Source of the DNA: Eledone cirrhosa
Lineage: Eukaryota
Assembly: GCA_964016885.1 (NCBI GenBank)
Contig: OZ024740.1
Location: 377,518,001-377,582,000, forward strand
Length of the DNA: 64,000 nucleotides
Direction: 5' to 3'
The position numbers were made by a program, and so were the translations under genes. Below, in pieces: positions 26,001 to 38,880 of the stretch; position 1 is the stretch's first letter; the number at the start of each line of letters is the position of its first letter. The notes below the pieces were generated by a model that saw only the letters and a program-made list of their open reading frames with translations, was not told the DNA's origin and made no database searches.

Positions 26001-26577
26001 TTCACCGTTATTCGAACTGTTTATGTTCGATATTTAAACACTCTTATCGAGGATTGGCGAATGTATGTTTACATAGCCATCTGTGGATCCGCCATCCCAC
26101 TTGGCCCTTGTGTGGCATTATCACCACGCTGTATACGGACACACATAAACAAACAAACACACGGGCAGAAAGGGCCCCAAAAATGAATAAGCATAAGTTT
26201 CATTGTAATGTAGTATTCGAATGTCTGACTTAGTTTTTGTTTTTTAAGTTTTACTTTCCCCCCCCCCCCTCTTCTCTGTCCGTCCGCCTGCTTCTCTCTT
26301 CATTCTTATTTTCTTTACGTTTTTGGGGTTTCTTTTTTTGTTTTTGTTTTTCTCTGTTTGTTTTTCTCGTTTTTTGCTGTTGTTGCTGTGCTGCTTTTGT
26401 TGTTTGTTTTTTCTTTTTTCTTTTGAGTCTATCTATATATTTTGATGCCTTCCTCTTTGTTAGTAGTAGGAATTCTATAATGTGGAAGTGGCAGCCAGCA
26501 GAGACTGGCGGCGTTGGCGATACTGAGACAGTGGTGGTGGTGATGTCGATACCGAGGCAGTGGTGGCGGTGATGCGA

Positions 26578-27221
26578 CCGTATTACTGTAGTGATGGTGC
26601 TGTAGCGGTGGCAGCAGCAGTGAAGGAGTCAAGGGGTGGTGGCGGCGGTGATGGGATAGTGGTGGTAATGATGGCCGTAGTGAGCGGTGGCGGTGAAGGT
26701 GAAAATGCTGTTGTGTTTAGTGTACACAGATGATGGGGTGGGTGGTGTATCTAGTTTCTGGTGTTGGTGAGTTTCGCTGTCCTATATAGTGTAGCCAGAG
26801 GAGAGGAGGGGGGGGGGGGGTTCTTCTTCTTCCATTTATAGCCATTTTATTTTTTTTGGATATACAGTGTACAATACAAAGTTGAATATTTGAATATTTG
26901 AGCCGTATTACTGTAGTGATGGTGCTGTAGCGGTGGCAGCAGCAGTGAAGGAGTCAAGGGGTGGTGGCGGCGGTGATGGGATAGTGGTGGTAATGATGGC
27001 CGTAGTGAGCGGTGGCGGTGAAGGTGAAAATGCTGTTGTGTTTAGTGTACACAGATGATGGGGTGGGTGGTGTATCTAGTTTCTGGTGTTGGTGAGTTTA
27101 GCTGTCCTATATAGTGTAGCCAGAGGAGAGGAGGGGGGGGGGGTTCTTCTTCTTCCATTTATAGCCATTTTTTTTTGGATATACAGTGTACAATACAAAG
27201 TTGAATATTTGAATATTTGAG
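26578..27221. repeat. Two-copy tandem duplication, ~325 bp unit
   Basis: ccgtattactgtagtgatgg...gaatatttgag occurs at 26578-26902 and again at 26903-27221; differences are mostly in homopolymer length. Confidence 0.92.
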
Positions 27222-27449
27222 CCTTATAACAATATATTTTGGGTCCGAATTTTTTTGGGGCTCAAGCCGGGTGCTTTACGTAGCATTTGTACTAAGAGTT
27301 GTTATTTCACAAATGGTTTAAATATGTTAAAAATTCAAAACTTACGGGAGCGATTTCATGACCTCCGTCACCTCGTGCGTCTTCTTCCCTATTATTCTTC
27401 TTATTATTATTATTATTATTATTGTTATTATTATTATTATTATTATTAG

Positions 27450-28085
27450 AGCGGTGGATTGGCAGTATCGGTAGAGGGTCGGACGCCATGCTTTGCAGCA
27501 AAGAGTTACGGCCCTTTATGGTCTGATTTCAAGTCTCGCCGAGGTTAACTTTGCTTTTCATCATTACGGGGTCGATAAAATAAAGTACCAGTAATACACT
27601 GGGATAATTGCTGGCCTTGTGTCAAAAGTAGAAACAATTATTATTATTGCTTTCTTTTCTGGGTAATTGCTGGCCTTGTGCTGAAAGAAGAAACAATTAT
27701 TGCTTTCTTTACAGCATAGAGTTACAGCACTTTACGGTCTGAGTTCAAATCCCGACGAGGTTAACTTTGTCTTTCATCCTTACGGGGTCGATAAAATAAA
27801 GTACCAGTCACGTACTGGTGTCGATTTAATCTACTCTCCCCACCAAAAAAAAAGAATTACTGGCATTGTGCCTATACTAGAAACCATTATTATCATCATC
27901 ATCAAGGAGGTGGATTGGCAGTATCGGTAAAGGGTCGGACGCCATGCTTTGGCGTATAGAGTTACGGCCCTTGCCATTCTGAGTTCAAATCCCGCCGAGG
28001 TTAACTTTGTCTTTCATCCTTACGGGGTCGATAAAATAAAGTACCAGTAATGTACTGGCCTTGTGCCAAAAGTAGAAACAATTAT
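27450..28085 (+). mobile_element. Tandem cluster of tRNA-type SINEs (about 27450-27640, 27705-27890, 27905-28085)
   Basis: A box TGGCAGTATCGG, B box GAGTTCAAATCC, shared core, hairpin tail and (ATT)n. Resembles octopus OR-type/MetaSINE-like SINEs from memory; not verified. Confidence 0.82.
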
Positions 28086-28487
28086 TATCATCATCATCAT
28101 CATTTTGACGGTGTAGTAGAGAGGTTTTTGTTAGAACAGTAACAGCTAATATGATCACTTGTATTTCCCGATCTCTGTTATTTTCATATCCATGTTTACA
28201 ATGCCATTGGAGATTTCGATAGTGCGACATAAGTCGGATTAACTTATCTAAATCGAGTGATCATTGAATTACGTAAGCCATGTCGATCGGGAAACAACTA
28301 AAAGCTCAACAACAGCAGCAGCAACAACAACAATTTACTGCTGATGACGATAGCAAATATCCTATCTTTAAATATTATTTCCACTTCCATTATTTGTTTA
28401 TTTCATCCTTCGTCTTCTATCCTTCCTCAATGATCTCTCTTTGCGTTTTGACCTTTCACTCGCTATTTATCTATCTCTATCTTTCTT

Positions 28488-28555
<68 letters not shown>

Positions 28556-29383
28556 GGTGCTATTGCACTGCTTACACATCTTGCAAATTTATAATCATCA
28601 AAAATCAAGTACAAACCTTTCTCATGATAAATTACTTAGCTCTGAATCCAGTAAGACAACTTTTCTAGTCACGATACCATCATAAAATATCATGACTATA
28701 AAATATCATGAAAGAATACAAATGCTCGAGGTTTCCTAGAAGATGCCTGTCACTAGATAAGACAGGGCCCTAAACCTGTAGGTAAAGCCTTGGGAGGTTA
28801 AACTATTGTAATCCCTTATCTTCTTCTCACCCAGTTTGGGATCCCCACCTCATACCACCCTTAAAAATAATAAGCCCAGAATTTCGAGAGCCACTGTATT
28901 TCATTTTTAAAAGAATCAACGTAGTTGTTTGCGGCAAGTAGTAAATTGAGGTTTCGTCTTCTCCCTTCCCTACCAAAGCAAAATAAATGCACTTATCTCA
29001 TGGTTAATTTTCTATTCTACACATATAACTTGAGAACATCTTCCAATAGTATAACATCGTTACATATACAAATTGAAAAATCTTAAACCTAACCTTTCTA
29101 TATACGAACAGCACAACAGACCCAAGAGACACGAAGCTCCATAATTTCTAATTATATCTTAGGGCAACATTCTCTATCATTTTCAAAACTATAACCTAAT
29201 GACTCGGCTTCTTTATCAGAGCCAAAATATACGCCACCACTGAGCAGTTACTAATGTTCTACAAAACTCAACTGAGATACCTATTTCAGTTCGCATCAGA
29301 TTGCATAACCATTCAATACATCATTCAAAAGAAACCTATTCAGCTGATACGCAATGTCTCACTCATCGACACTATACTACTAT

Positions 29384-29428
<45 letters not shown>

Positions 29429-29802
29429 CTCTCTCTCTCTCGCTCTCGCTCTCTCTCTCTCTCACTCTCTCTCACTCTCTCTCTCAAACTCTCCAAATCT
29501 CTGTGAGTGTGCCCTGTATTACCACAGAACAATTTTTCTGCTCCTTTTATCTAGCTAGATACATTGGATATACTCGCATATTCTCCTCTCACCACCTGTA
29601 CTGTATCTCACACATCAACCCCTGCACTAAACCGTTGTCCAACCTTTACTCCTCAGAACCGCAATCTTCTGGAATTCTCTTGTCGTTCGTGTTTATTTTT
29701 CTCTGAAGATGTCACTATAGAGATGTCCAAAGTGACATCAACCACCATGATTTAACCAGTTTGCGAAAGGAATCTTTAAACTGGACCTTCTTATTTAACT
29801 AA

Positions 29803-30045
29803 TAATTGTTTCTACTTTTGGCACAAGGCCAGCAATTTCCAGTACATTACTGGTACTTTATTTTATCGACCCCGTAACTCAGAATGGCAAGGCCCGTAAC
29901 TCTATGCGTTAAAGCATGGCGTCCGACCCTCTACCGATACTGCCAATCCACCGCCATTTAACTAATAATTGTTTCTACTTTTGCCACAAGGCCAGCAATT
30001 ACCCAGTACACTACTGGTACTTCCTTTTATCGACCCCGTAAGGTT
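29803..30045 (-). mobile_element. Two SINE copies, same family
   Basis: Reverse complement of the tail, core and A box (ccgatactgccaatccaccgcc). Confidence 0.8.
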
Positions 30046-30074
30046 AACTAATAATATGTGATAATTAAGTATAT

Positions 30075-30665
30075 GAGGTTGCTAAATTGGCAGAATTGGT
30101 AAAGTGTCGGATAAAATACCATTGCGGTATTTTATCTGGCTCTTTACATTCTGAGTTCAAATCCCGCTGAGGTCAACTTTGCTTTCCATCCTTCCAGAGT
30201 TGACAAAATAAAATATCAATCGAGTACTGAGGTTGATCTAATCAACTTTACCCTTCGCCTAAATTTGGTAGCCTTGTGTCTAAATAAGAAATCATTATTA
30301 AGGTCAATGGATTGGCGAAACCGTTAGTATGCCCAACGAAATACTTTACTTATGGCCCTTTACCTTCTGAGTTGAAACCCCACCGAGGTCAATTTTCCCT
30401 TTCATTCTTATAGAGTCATTAAAATAAAGTACCAGTAACGCACTGGGGTCGATTTAATCGACTTTACCCTCCTCAAAATGATTGGCCTTGTGCCAAACTC
30501 AGAAGCCATTATAAAGGTCGGTGGATTGGCGAAACCGTTAGTATGCCCGGTGAAATAATTTAGTTATGGTCCTTTACGCTCTGAGTTCAAATCCCGCCGG
30601 GGTTAGCTTTGCCTTTCCTCCTTACAGGGTCGTTAAAATAAAGCACCAGTGAAGTACTGAGGTTG
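30075..30665 (+). mobile_element. Three head-to-tail SINEs (older subfamily)
   Basis: Repeated A box/B box/core units beginning at about 30075, 30301 and 30514, separated by short ATT tails. Confidence 0.78.
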
Positions 30666-32573
30666 AGGATATATACCAAGTAGTCCTCAATTAATGTTGT
30701 GTTTGCTTAACGTATAAAGATATGAAAAAAAATGAATGAAATTTTCTTTCGAAGACTTCTATAATTAGCAAGATATTAGCAAACACTTAGGATGTTTTTT
30801 TGCTATTTAATTTCGCTTACTAAATTGTTTTACTTCAAATCATGTATTTGGGTGGAGTGTTTATGTATGTGTGTGCGTGTTTGTATATGTATAATTGAAA
30901 ATAATTTTAAAACATTTTATAAATTTGGTCACATATTTAAATTCAAACCAATCGATAAATATAAATTAAAATATAAAGAGAGGTGGGTATAGAGAGCCGG
31001 AAGTATACATACAAATATAGATACATTACTATAGTAGATGGTTCCTTATCGTAGGCTAAGTATTATATTCTCTTACTTGTTACCAGTTTCTAATTATAAC
31101 CCGAGTGGTTTGAAATATCTAAAACGTTAGTCATCATAAGGTTTATATTGACAGTTTTATTTAAGTCAAACTCCTCAAATATGTATATATGAAGTCATTT
31201 CTAAATCAATTCATGACGTAGTCGTTCGCATTGTGTGATATTGCTAAAATATGAGGAGAGGTTTGCTTCCTAGAGGTATCAAGGATAAACAATCTCATAG
31301 GGTCAATTAGCTCCGTCCTATCATAACTTCTCATGGAAACTTCGAAGTCATTATCCTTTTTAACACCGCAGCAGTTTGTAATACAGCAATGGCTTCAATA
31401 TGTTCATTAATATTCTGATGTCGAAGTTGGTGATCGGAGCAATTTGTTCCTCAAAGTTCATAGGTTACAAGTAGAGAGATTTCGATATACATAGATATAA
31501 ATTCATGATATCACTTTGTGCTAATTTGTAAGGATTTTATTATCAATGATATGAAACCACTTCATTGGAGCGGCCTTACAGTTTCATTCACTTAATTTCA
31601 CATCACTTCTAATTTTAAGATTAAAAGCGTCGAGAATACATTTACTAGCTATGTCCAGTTAACCTTTGTAATAGTTAACTAGCCAATGTTTGAGGCTAGA
31701 GAGGAAATTATACGTCTGTATATTAGGGGTAATGTAGGAGACTGCATAACGTGGCGTTTCACGTGGTGTTTTATTTTGAACAGTGTAGCTACTACGTTCG
31801 TTTCGGTACTTATGATATTGTATGTTTAGTTGATTTTCCTATGTGTAATAAGATAATTGTTTAGTGCCTTGTTGATACTATTCTATACTACTCCCGTGTC
31901 ATCAAGGCGTGAGACAACTCCCAGGCATATCATATTTCTACGGTTGCATTTCAGTTCATAGTGAGCTACTACTATAACTTGAAACACTGTCGACAGAGTT
32001 CCATCATATTCTAATGGATAATGTTACAACAACTTCGGACTGACTGAAAAACTGCACGTATTGAAACATCCCAGAGTATCCCTTAACAGAAAATCCAAGA
32101 TAATTTCCATTACAGAAGAGCATTTCTGAGATATTTTCATCCGGCTGACGCAAAAAGTAATGTCAAAACAGGAAATAACGTGCGTCATCCGTGGCCTTCA
32201 ACATTTTAGGTTACGTGGCATGCCCCAACCTATGGGAACCAACCTAGCAAAAGACTAATAAGGAAATACCTTTCAAGACACATACAGCTACAGTTAACTT
32301 GTGATAGACATCTCAATGACGTTACTTGCGTTTTAAGTGCATATGAAACACTGGGAGTTGCTTGAGTATATAGATCGATCGATAGATGGATAGAGAGAGA
32401 GAAAGAGAAGTTTACATATTTATATACATGTATATACACATATATATATGTATATACATACATACACACATACACACATTCATACATACATATATATACA
32501 CACATACGTACATACATACATACATACATACATACATACATACATACATACATACATACATACATACATACAT

Positions 32574-33180
32574 TGGTGGCTGCCAACTCGTTTACGAGTA
32601 CGGCCACTACTTTATATCCATGTAGGAGAACTCCTACCGATGCGCTGAACGAGTGTGACTTTTAGTCCAGCCAGCGACTTGAAAACTCTGGTACAAACAC
32701 TACACTTGTGACAATTATTGACACATAGTGCTGGGCCTATGGTACCATGTGACGACAAGTGCAGAGAGATCTCCAGATATAAAGCAATGCCTGTGCCGTG
32801 AAGCTTTTATAGTGAGCAAAGGCACTGCACAAAGCCAGTCCCACTCTCTTAACCAAGATGATATTTACCAAAAAGAAGAACAAGTCAGCATCATTGGATA
32901 CCATCAGGGTTGCAGGTGTTATATCAGAGTTTTCCTTCTCCTAGAATTCTGCTTTGACAAAGGCTAAGGGGTCATCTCTCCCGGTGATTTTGGATGGCCA
33001 TTGACTCATAAGAGCTCCTTTTCCCTTTGACAGGTTTTGTTTTTAGTCCTGCAGGATGTCCAAAGTCACCCTCCTCACCAAGAAACCTTGGTGGGGTTGC
33101 CAGTTTAGTCGCCAACGACCCGACCATGAGCCAGGTTGTACTGGGATACATGTTACCAGTAGCACCAACTGGTGACCTGA
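32574..33180 (-). mobile_element. Non-autonomous bipartite RTE-derived retroelement, copy 1 (~610 bp)
   Basis: RTE-type 5' motif CCTTAGCCTTTGTCA..CTAGGAGAAGGAAAACTCTGA, remnant C2H2 coding CSVCTRVFKSLAGLKSH, 3' hairpin CTCG-TAAA-CGAG. (TACA)n on both sides. Confidence 0.75.
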
Positions 33181-33268
33181 CAAACATACATACATACATA
33201 CATACATACATACATACATACATACATACATACATACATACATACATACATACATACATACATACATA

Positions 33269-33450
33269 GTGATGGCTGCCCCCTCGTTATCGAGTATGGC
33301 CATTGCACGATATACCATTATTAATAATTATTAATTAATTCTATCGTACAATGCCTGTGCGGGAAGATATTTTTTTGAAAGTGAGGAAAGACTATGCACT
33401 GAGCCAATCCCACTGTCTGAGCGACAGTAGCTATAACCCTAAAAGAAGAA
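33269..33450 (-). mobile_element. Related, diverged RTE-type 3' end and internal fragment
   Basis: ATGGCCATACTCGATAACGAGGGGGCAGCCATC then (TATG)n. tgcactgagccaatcccact resembles tgcacaaagccagtcccact of copy 1. Confidence 0.55.
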
Positions 33451-34609
33451 AAGATCAAAATTGTAGTGACCTACATTCCGCGGGCTCACATACATTCTCT
33501 GTGCGTGATTTGGCTCAGCTCAACCAATCAGCGCCAGTAGAAGAGGATGTATCCCTACGCGTTATGAGGGAGAAATAGCCCGCAAAGATTTGAGGACGCT
33601 ATGACTTCCAGCTAGACCGTGCTAAAGTAAACACCACTTGTTCTTTTTCTCCGCCAGCACAAACAATATGTAACGACACAACAATTTTACTACGGAATTG
33701 GCTAAACGCCTCAGCCAGTCGACCGTATTTTCTCTTGTAATCTTAATTGATTTGTTTTATTTCTCTTGGCATGCCAGCTCAACCTCTGTTAATAAATAAT
33801 GAAAAACAAGCTAAAGTCGTTGTCGATATTCCTATCATATCTTTCTACCAAACCTGGTTCTTCGTGGCGACATTACAACTCTCTAAACACTTCTCCGCTA
33901 AATTGGATAATACTATCTCTACCAAATTGACGCCCTCGACGATTAAGTATGAAAACGCAGCCTATTTGAATTCGCCATTCGTTTTAATGGCTATGTGGAG
34001 TGGCTTAACATTTGGAATGTTCGAATCGGGTAACTAGACTCACTTAGCGTAAGTCCATAAAATTCATAATATTCCATTTGTTGAAGCACGCGGCCTGCAC
34101 AATATTTCTGTCATAACTTTCATAGTAACACTAGTAACTCACGCATACAGACGAACACAAAAATACAACACAAAAAAAAAAAAAAGAATTTCTCTGGATA
34201 TAGAATTTTGCTTTCGGCGTTCTGTTGAAATTACAAATGGAGACTCAGAAATTTTGTTTTCCCGCGTACAGCTTGTCTTCTCCAATCCCAGCCGTCTGAT
34301 TGGCTGCATCGTGCCACATGACGGCTTCTTCATCACAGACGCATTTTTCAATCGACCATCTTGGATTTTCTTACGAAATAATTTTCATGGAAAATGATTT
34401 TTTTTATTGTTCAAATTTTCTTTAGAATATTTTTTAAAGAAAAAAATTAACAGTATTTCAAAAACTTTTCGCCACGAGGATATTTCAAAACGGCTACCAC
34501 CAAGTACCAGCCTTCAGCAGCAACACATGGCTAACTATTAACCAACACCAGGGAACGGCTTGTAACTTTGCCGACGCAACCACCAAAAAATCATCAGTAA
34601 CTACTGAAC

Positions 34610-34760
34610 CGCAGGTTTTATATCTATATCGGAGTTATCCCAGTTTCCTGAGTTGCCTTCTCCTAGAAGAATGCCCTGACAAAGGCTAGGGGTCCTTTAC
34701 TCCCAGTGGTTTAATCGCGCGATCGGGTGTCCAGCCCAACTATTTCTATGTCCCCGCGCA
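34610..34760 (-). mobile_element. RTE 5'-UTR fragment of a second family
   Basis: Minus strand GACCCCTAGCCTTTGTCAGGGCATTCTTCTAGGAGAAGGCAACTC shares the conserved core. Confidence 0.6.
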
Positions 34761-34921
34761 TATACATATACATATACATATGTATACACATATACATACA
34801 CAGGTACATGTGTATACACACTTTTGGATGGCCCTTGACTCTTATGAGTTCTTCGGCCCTTTACATACATACATATATACACACATACGTACATACATAC
34901 ATACATACATACATACATACA

Positions 34922-35521
34922 TGGTGGCTGCCAACTCGTTTTCGAGTACGGCCACTACTTTATATCCACGTAGGAGAACTCCTACCGATGCGCTGAACGA
35001 GTGTGACTTTTTAGTCCAGCCAGCGACTTGAAAACTCTGGTACAAACACTACACTTGTGACAATTATTGACACATAGTGCTGGGCCCATGGTACCATGTG
35101 ACGACAAGTGCAGAGAGATCTCCAGATATAAAGCAATGCCTGTGCCGTGAAGCTTTTATAGTGAGCAAAGGCACTGCACAAAGCCAGTCCCACTCTCTTA
35201 ACCAAGATGATATTTACCCAAAAGAAGAACAAGTCAACATCATTGGATACCATCAGAGTTGCAGGTGTTATATCAGAGTTTTCCTTCTCCTAGAATTCTG
35301 CTTTGACAAAGGCTAAGGGGTCATCTCTCCCGGTGATTTTGGATAGCCATTGACTCTTAAGAGGTTCTTTGACAGGTTTGTTTTTAGTCCTGCAGGATGT
35401 CCAAAGTCACCCTCCTCACCAAGAAACCTTAGTGGGGTTGCCAGTTTAGTCGCCAACGACCCGACCATGAGACAGTTTGTACTGGGATACATGTTACCAG
35501 TAGCACCAACTGGTGACCTGA
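34922..35521 (-). mobile_element. Non-autonomous RTE-derived element, copy 2
   Basis: Near-identical to 32574-33180; flanked by (TACA)n. Confidence 0.8.
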
Positions 35522-35692
35522 CATACATACATACATACATACATACATACATACATACATACATACATACATACATACATACATACATACATACATACAT
35601 ACATACATACATACGTTTGCTTTTATATTTGTATTTCCTTTACTCATTTACTGGTTTCAGTCATTAGACTACGGCCGTGCTGGGGCATTGTG

Positions 35693-35752
<60 letters not shown>

Positions 35753-36427
35753 TTACATGTGTATATGAGCGTGTTTGTCACTCTCTCTGTCAGTATGTGT
35801 ATGTCAGTATGTGTTTCAGTGTTTGTGTGTGTGTGTTACTTTTTCGAGTTCCGTTTCATAACCAAAAAAGATTTCTTAAATTTCATTCCACTTTCCTTGA
35901 TTTTGAATTATTCAATAAACAAATGAAACAATTCTTCAATTCATAAAAACAAATACTGATATTTTATGGTAAAGGAAATTGAAACATGAGTCAGTTGTGT
36001 AGGTTCCGTAAGCCTTTGTGAACTTTAATAATCGAAACTGGGACACAATATGTATCAGTACAAAAATGAGCAGCATAACTACAACTATGGCATGTTATTT
36101 CCCTTCAGGTAACAGTTGTTCTTTTTAAGAACCATATTCAACGTCTTTTTTCGTAGTTTAGATTTAAGATTGTAGAAATTCATCCTGTGTATATCATTGG
36201 TTTTGTATGGCTTTCTTTTTATATTATTGTTTTTTTTTATGTAAGCTCACAATGTTGTAGGAAGGAATGGACCTCCGTTGGTTACAATGGTGAGTGTTCC
36301 TATTGTTCAATCAACGAAACAACCTGCACATGGAATTGGCGAGTAAATGAATGTGCGTTCTATAAGCACGTGTGCACTTAACATAATTGGGGGGGGGGGT
36401 GTTCAGCGTGACATAATGTATGATAAA

Positions 36428-36722
36428 GCTTCTTCTTCTTCTTCTTCTTCTTCATCTTTGCCCACTTATTCCTGAGGGGGTTGTGGGTGCAGAGTTTCAA
36501 GCATTCCATTCAATGGGTCCTGTCAGAAGCAACCATCCCCAACTGATCAGGCTAGATCCCCAAGCAAGACCAATTGAGCTGATGGATATCATCCACCATC
36601 TTTCTCGAAATCTACCCTTGTATCTTCTGTTAGTTGGTTTTGCCCGTAAAATCTGTCCAGCAGTTCATTCCCGAGACAGTTTAACCACCTGCCCATAGTA
36701 TCGGAGCTGTGATCTCTCAATT
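36428..36722 (-). mobile_element. RTE (Expander/Rex3-like) 3' fragment with (GAA)n tail
   Basis: Minus translation IERSQLRYYGQVV..AKPTNRRYKGRFRERW. Confidence 0.7.
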
Positions 36723-37159
36723 TCTTTCGAAATATGATTGTTATAAAACATAATACGTATATATATATATATCCTTTATAGTTTCATTTTAAACTAGTGA
36801 AATCCTTATATCAAGTTTATTTGCAAAATCAACTAATTGTTATCTTATACATATATGAAATCTAAAGAAAAAAACGAAAGTATTTTCAACTGCTATCGAT
36901 GGCATAAAGGAATTGACGTAGACAATACATGATCAGATAATATTGATTTTCTTTCGCGTTTGTCAATAATGAATTCCTTATTTAAAGCTTGTGCTGCGCT
37001 ATATTAGGTCCCCATTTCTTTGAAGATACTTTCTACCTTGGCATAACAAATTGCTTTTGTTTTCCGTTAATACCTACAAGAAATGTCACATATCTTAAAA
37101 GTAACGTTGATATCAGGAAACATCTGAATGTTCTAAGTGATTGGCTATTACAGTGCAAA

Positions 37160-37300
37160 ACGTAACAGAAGCTACGATATTTTTGTCATGTAATAAGGCA
37201 TGATGGAATGGAAAAGAGAGTCCTTGATGTGAATATTCCTGGGAATAGTGAAAGAGGGAACCCAAGATACAAATGAGAACAACAGTGACAGAGATTTGGT
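37160..37300 (+). mobile_element. RTE (BovB-like) C-terminal fragment
   Basis: RKLRYFCHVIRHDGMEKRVL...GNSERGNPR. Confidence 0.55.
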
Positions 37301-38237
37301 ATCAAAATGGAGAGCAAAAAAAGCATGAATCTAAAATGCATTGGTTGTTATTGGAAAACTTGAAGGTCTCGCAGTTTCCATTTTTCTTGTCACAGATTTT
37401 TCATATTTCTTAGGACTTTTAGTCCCATAGGAAGTCAAATTTTGATTATTTGTTTTGCTATTGTCCCCATCCCTCTAGATCCTAGCGCCACAATATATAG
37501 AGTGACCAAATTTCTGAAGTAGCTATTGCTATTCTTTCCACATTTTCACAGTCCCTTTATATCACTGCCTTTGACTTTGTTACATTCATTTATAAACCAT
37601 AGGATTTACTCTTTTCATACAATACAACATATGATCTCAAACACGATGTTTATTTCTATATCAAAACTGCATCGTCTGCATATCGGAGCTTTCCCATTGA
37701 TGATCCTTTTGCATGGAGAAATCAATTTTTTTTGTTCTTTCATTATGTATAATTTCTCTTATCGTAACTACAATGTACATGTTTAAAAGTGCTGACAAGA
37801 GTATGTACTCCTTCCTTCAAAGGAAATCAGTCTATTGATTTCAACCCGACTGCTCATTTTCATAGAAAGTTTGTCTCAGCTTTACCATGTGTGGTGGAAA
37901 TCCCATGGTAATGCCAGCAAAGTATTTGGTCGTCGATAAAACTGACTTTGCCTACCTCACAAGTTGCTGGCCTTGGGTCTACAATCTTTATTACATGAGT
38001 TTAATGGAGTTGCAGAAAGGTAAAGTCCCAGATTAAATGCCTAGTGATAGTTAGTTGCATCTCCTTAGACTCTCCCAGGATCAAGTTTTCCTTTGCATCT
38101 CTCCAATCTCGATTAAATAAGTAGGTGCAGATATTACTCAGGTTCTGGGCCCATTTTAATCAACTATGCTTACTCTCGATCAAATTAAGTCTTTCGTCAC
38201 TATGTATTGCACACACTCATTCTCCCTCTCTCCCTCT

Positions 38238-38280
<43 letters not shown>

Positions 38281-38538
38281 ATGCTGAATAAATCCATATA
38301 CATTCACTGAGTTAATGTGATGTAAAGAGAAATTCATATTCTCTCTACTAGTTTGTTTTTCTTTCCGTGCATGAGAAAATCGATTTGTGTGTGTGTGTGT
38401 GTGTGTGTGCGTGTGCGTGTGCGTGTGTGTGTGTGTGTTAGAAATTGCGTAAGAAAAAACCTTTTGTCGATAAATCTGTTGGTCAGCATATTTCGTATAG
38501 CTTTCTTCTTTTATAGCTTCTTTCCTTGCAACTATGTC

Positions 38539-38712
<174 letters not shown>

Positions 38713-38770
38713 TTGTGTGCATAGTCTGTCTTTCTATCGTATCTCATTTTATCTGAGCCCTTTCAAAATA

Positions 38771-38880
38771 TGTTGTCGTTCGTCCTTCGGAGTCGAAGAC
38801 CACCATGACTTCCATGTTGGGTGGAGGATCTTTGGCTGTGGATCAGGAGGTCACTCGTGAGGTTTATCCGGACCTCGGAA
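38771..38880 (-). mobile_element. RTE-type 3' end fragment
   Basis: Minus strand GTCTTCGACTCCGAAGGACGAACGACAAC, a hairpin-type terminus. Confidence 0.45.

Larger units (their letters stand above)
22533..27389 (-). mobile_element. R4/Dong-like family A copy A5 with complete ORF; the 5' leader possibly extends to 27389
   Basis: ORF 26000 to 22607 in four pieces. The next (TTA)n tract upstream is at 27391, so 26001-27389 is inferred, not proven, to be leader. Confidence 0.7.

Noticed and set aside
26040-26140. HDV-like ribozyme upstream of the A5 ORF
   Set aside because: No consistent P1/P2/P3/L3 fold on the element's sense strand; the GGCGAATG match is on the antisense strand.
27450-30665. 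tRNA genes or a CRISPR-like repeat array
   Set aside because: A/B boxes are followed by a SINE core and tail with no cloverleaf; units are long, diverged and lack unique fixed-length spacers.
36187-36381. Cys/Trp-rich ORF (or microexon 36261-36289) as the GPCR extracellular domain
   Set aside because: It lacks the class B ECD motifs (WDGxxCW, CP, CxxxGxW, NYxxC), and the microexon phase does not fit the phase-0 start of the TM1 exon.
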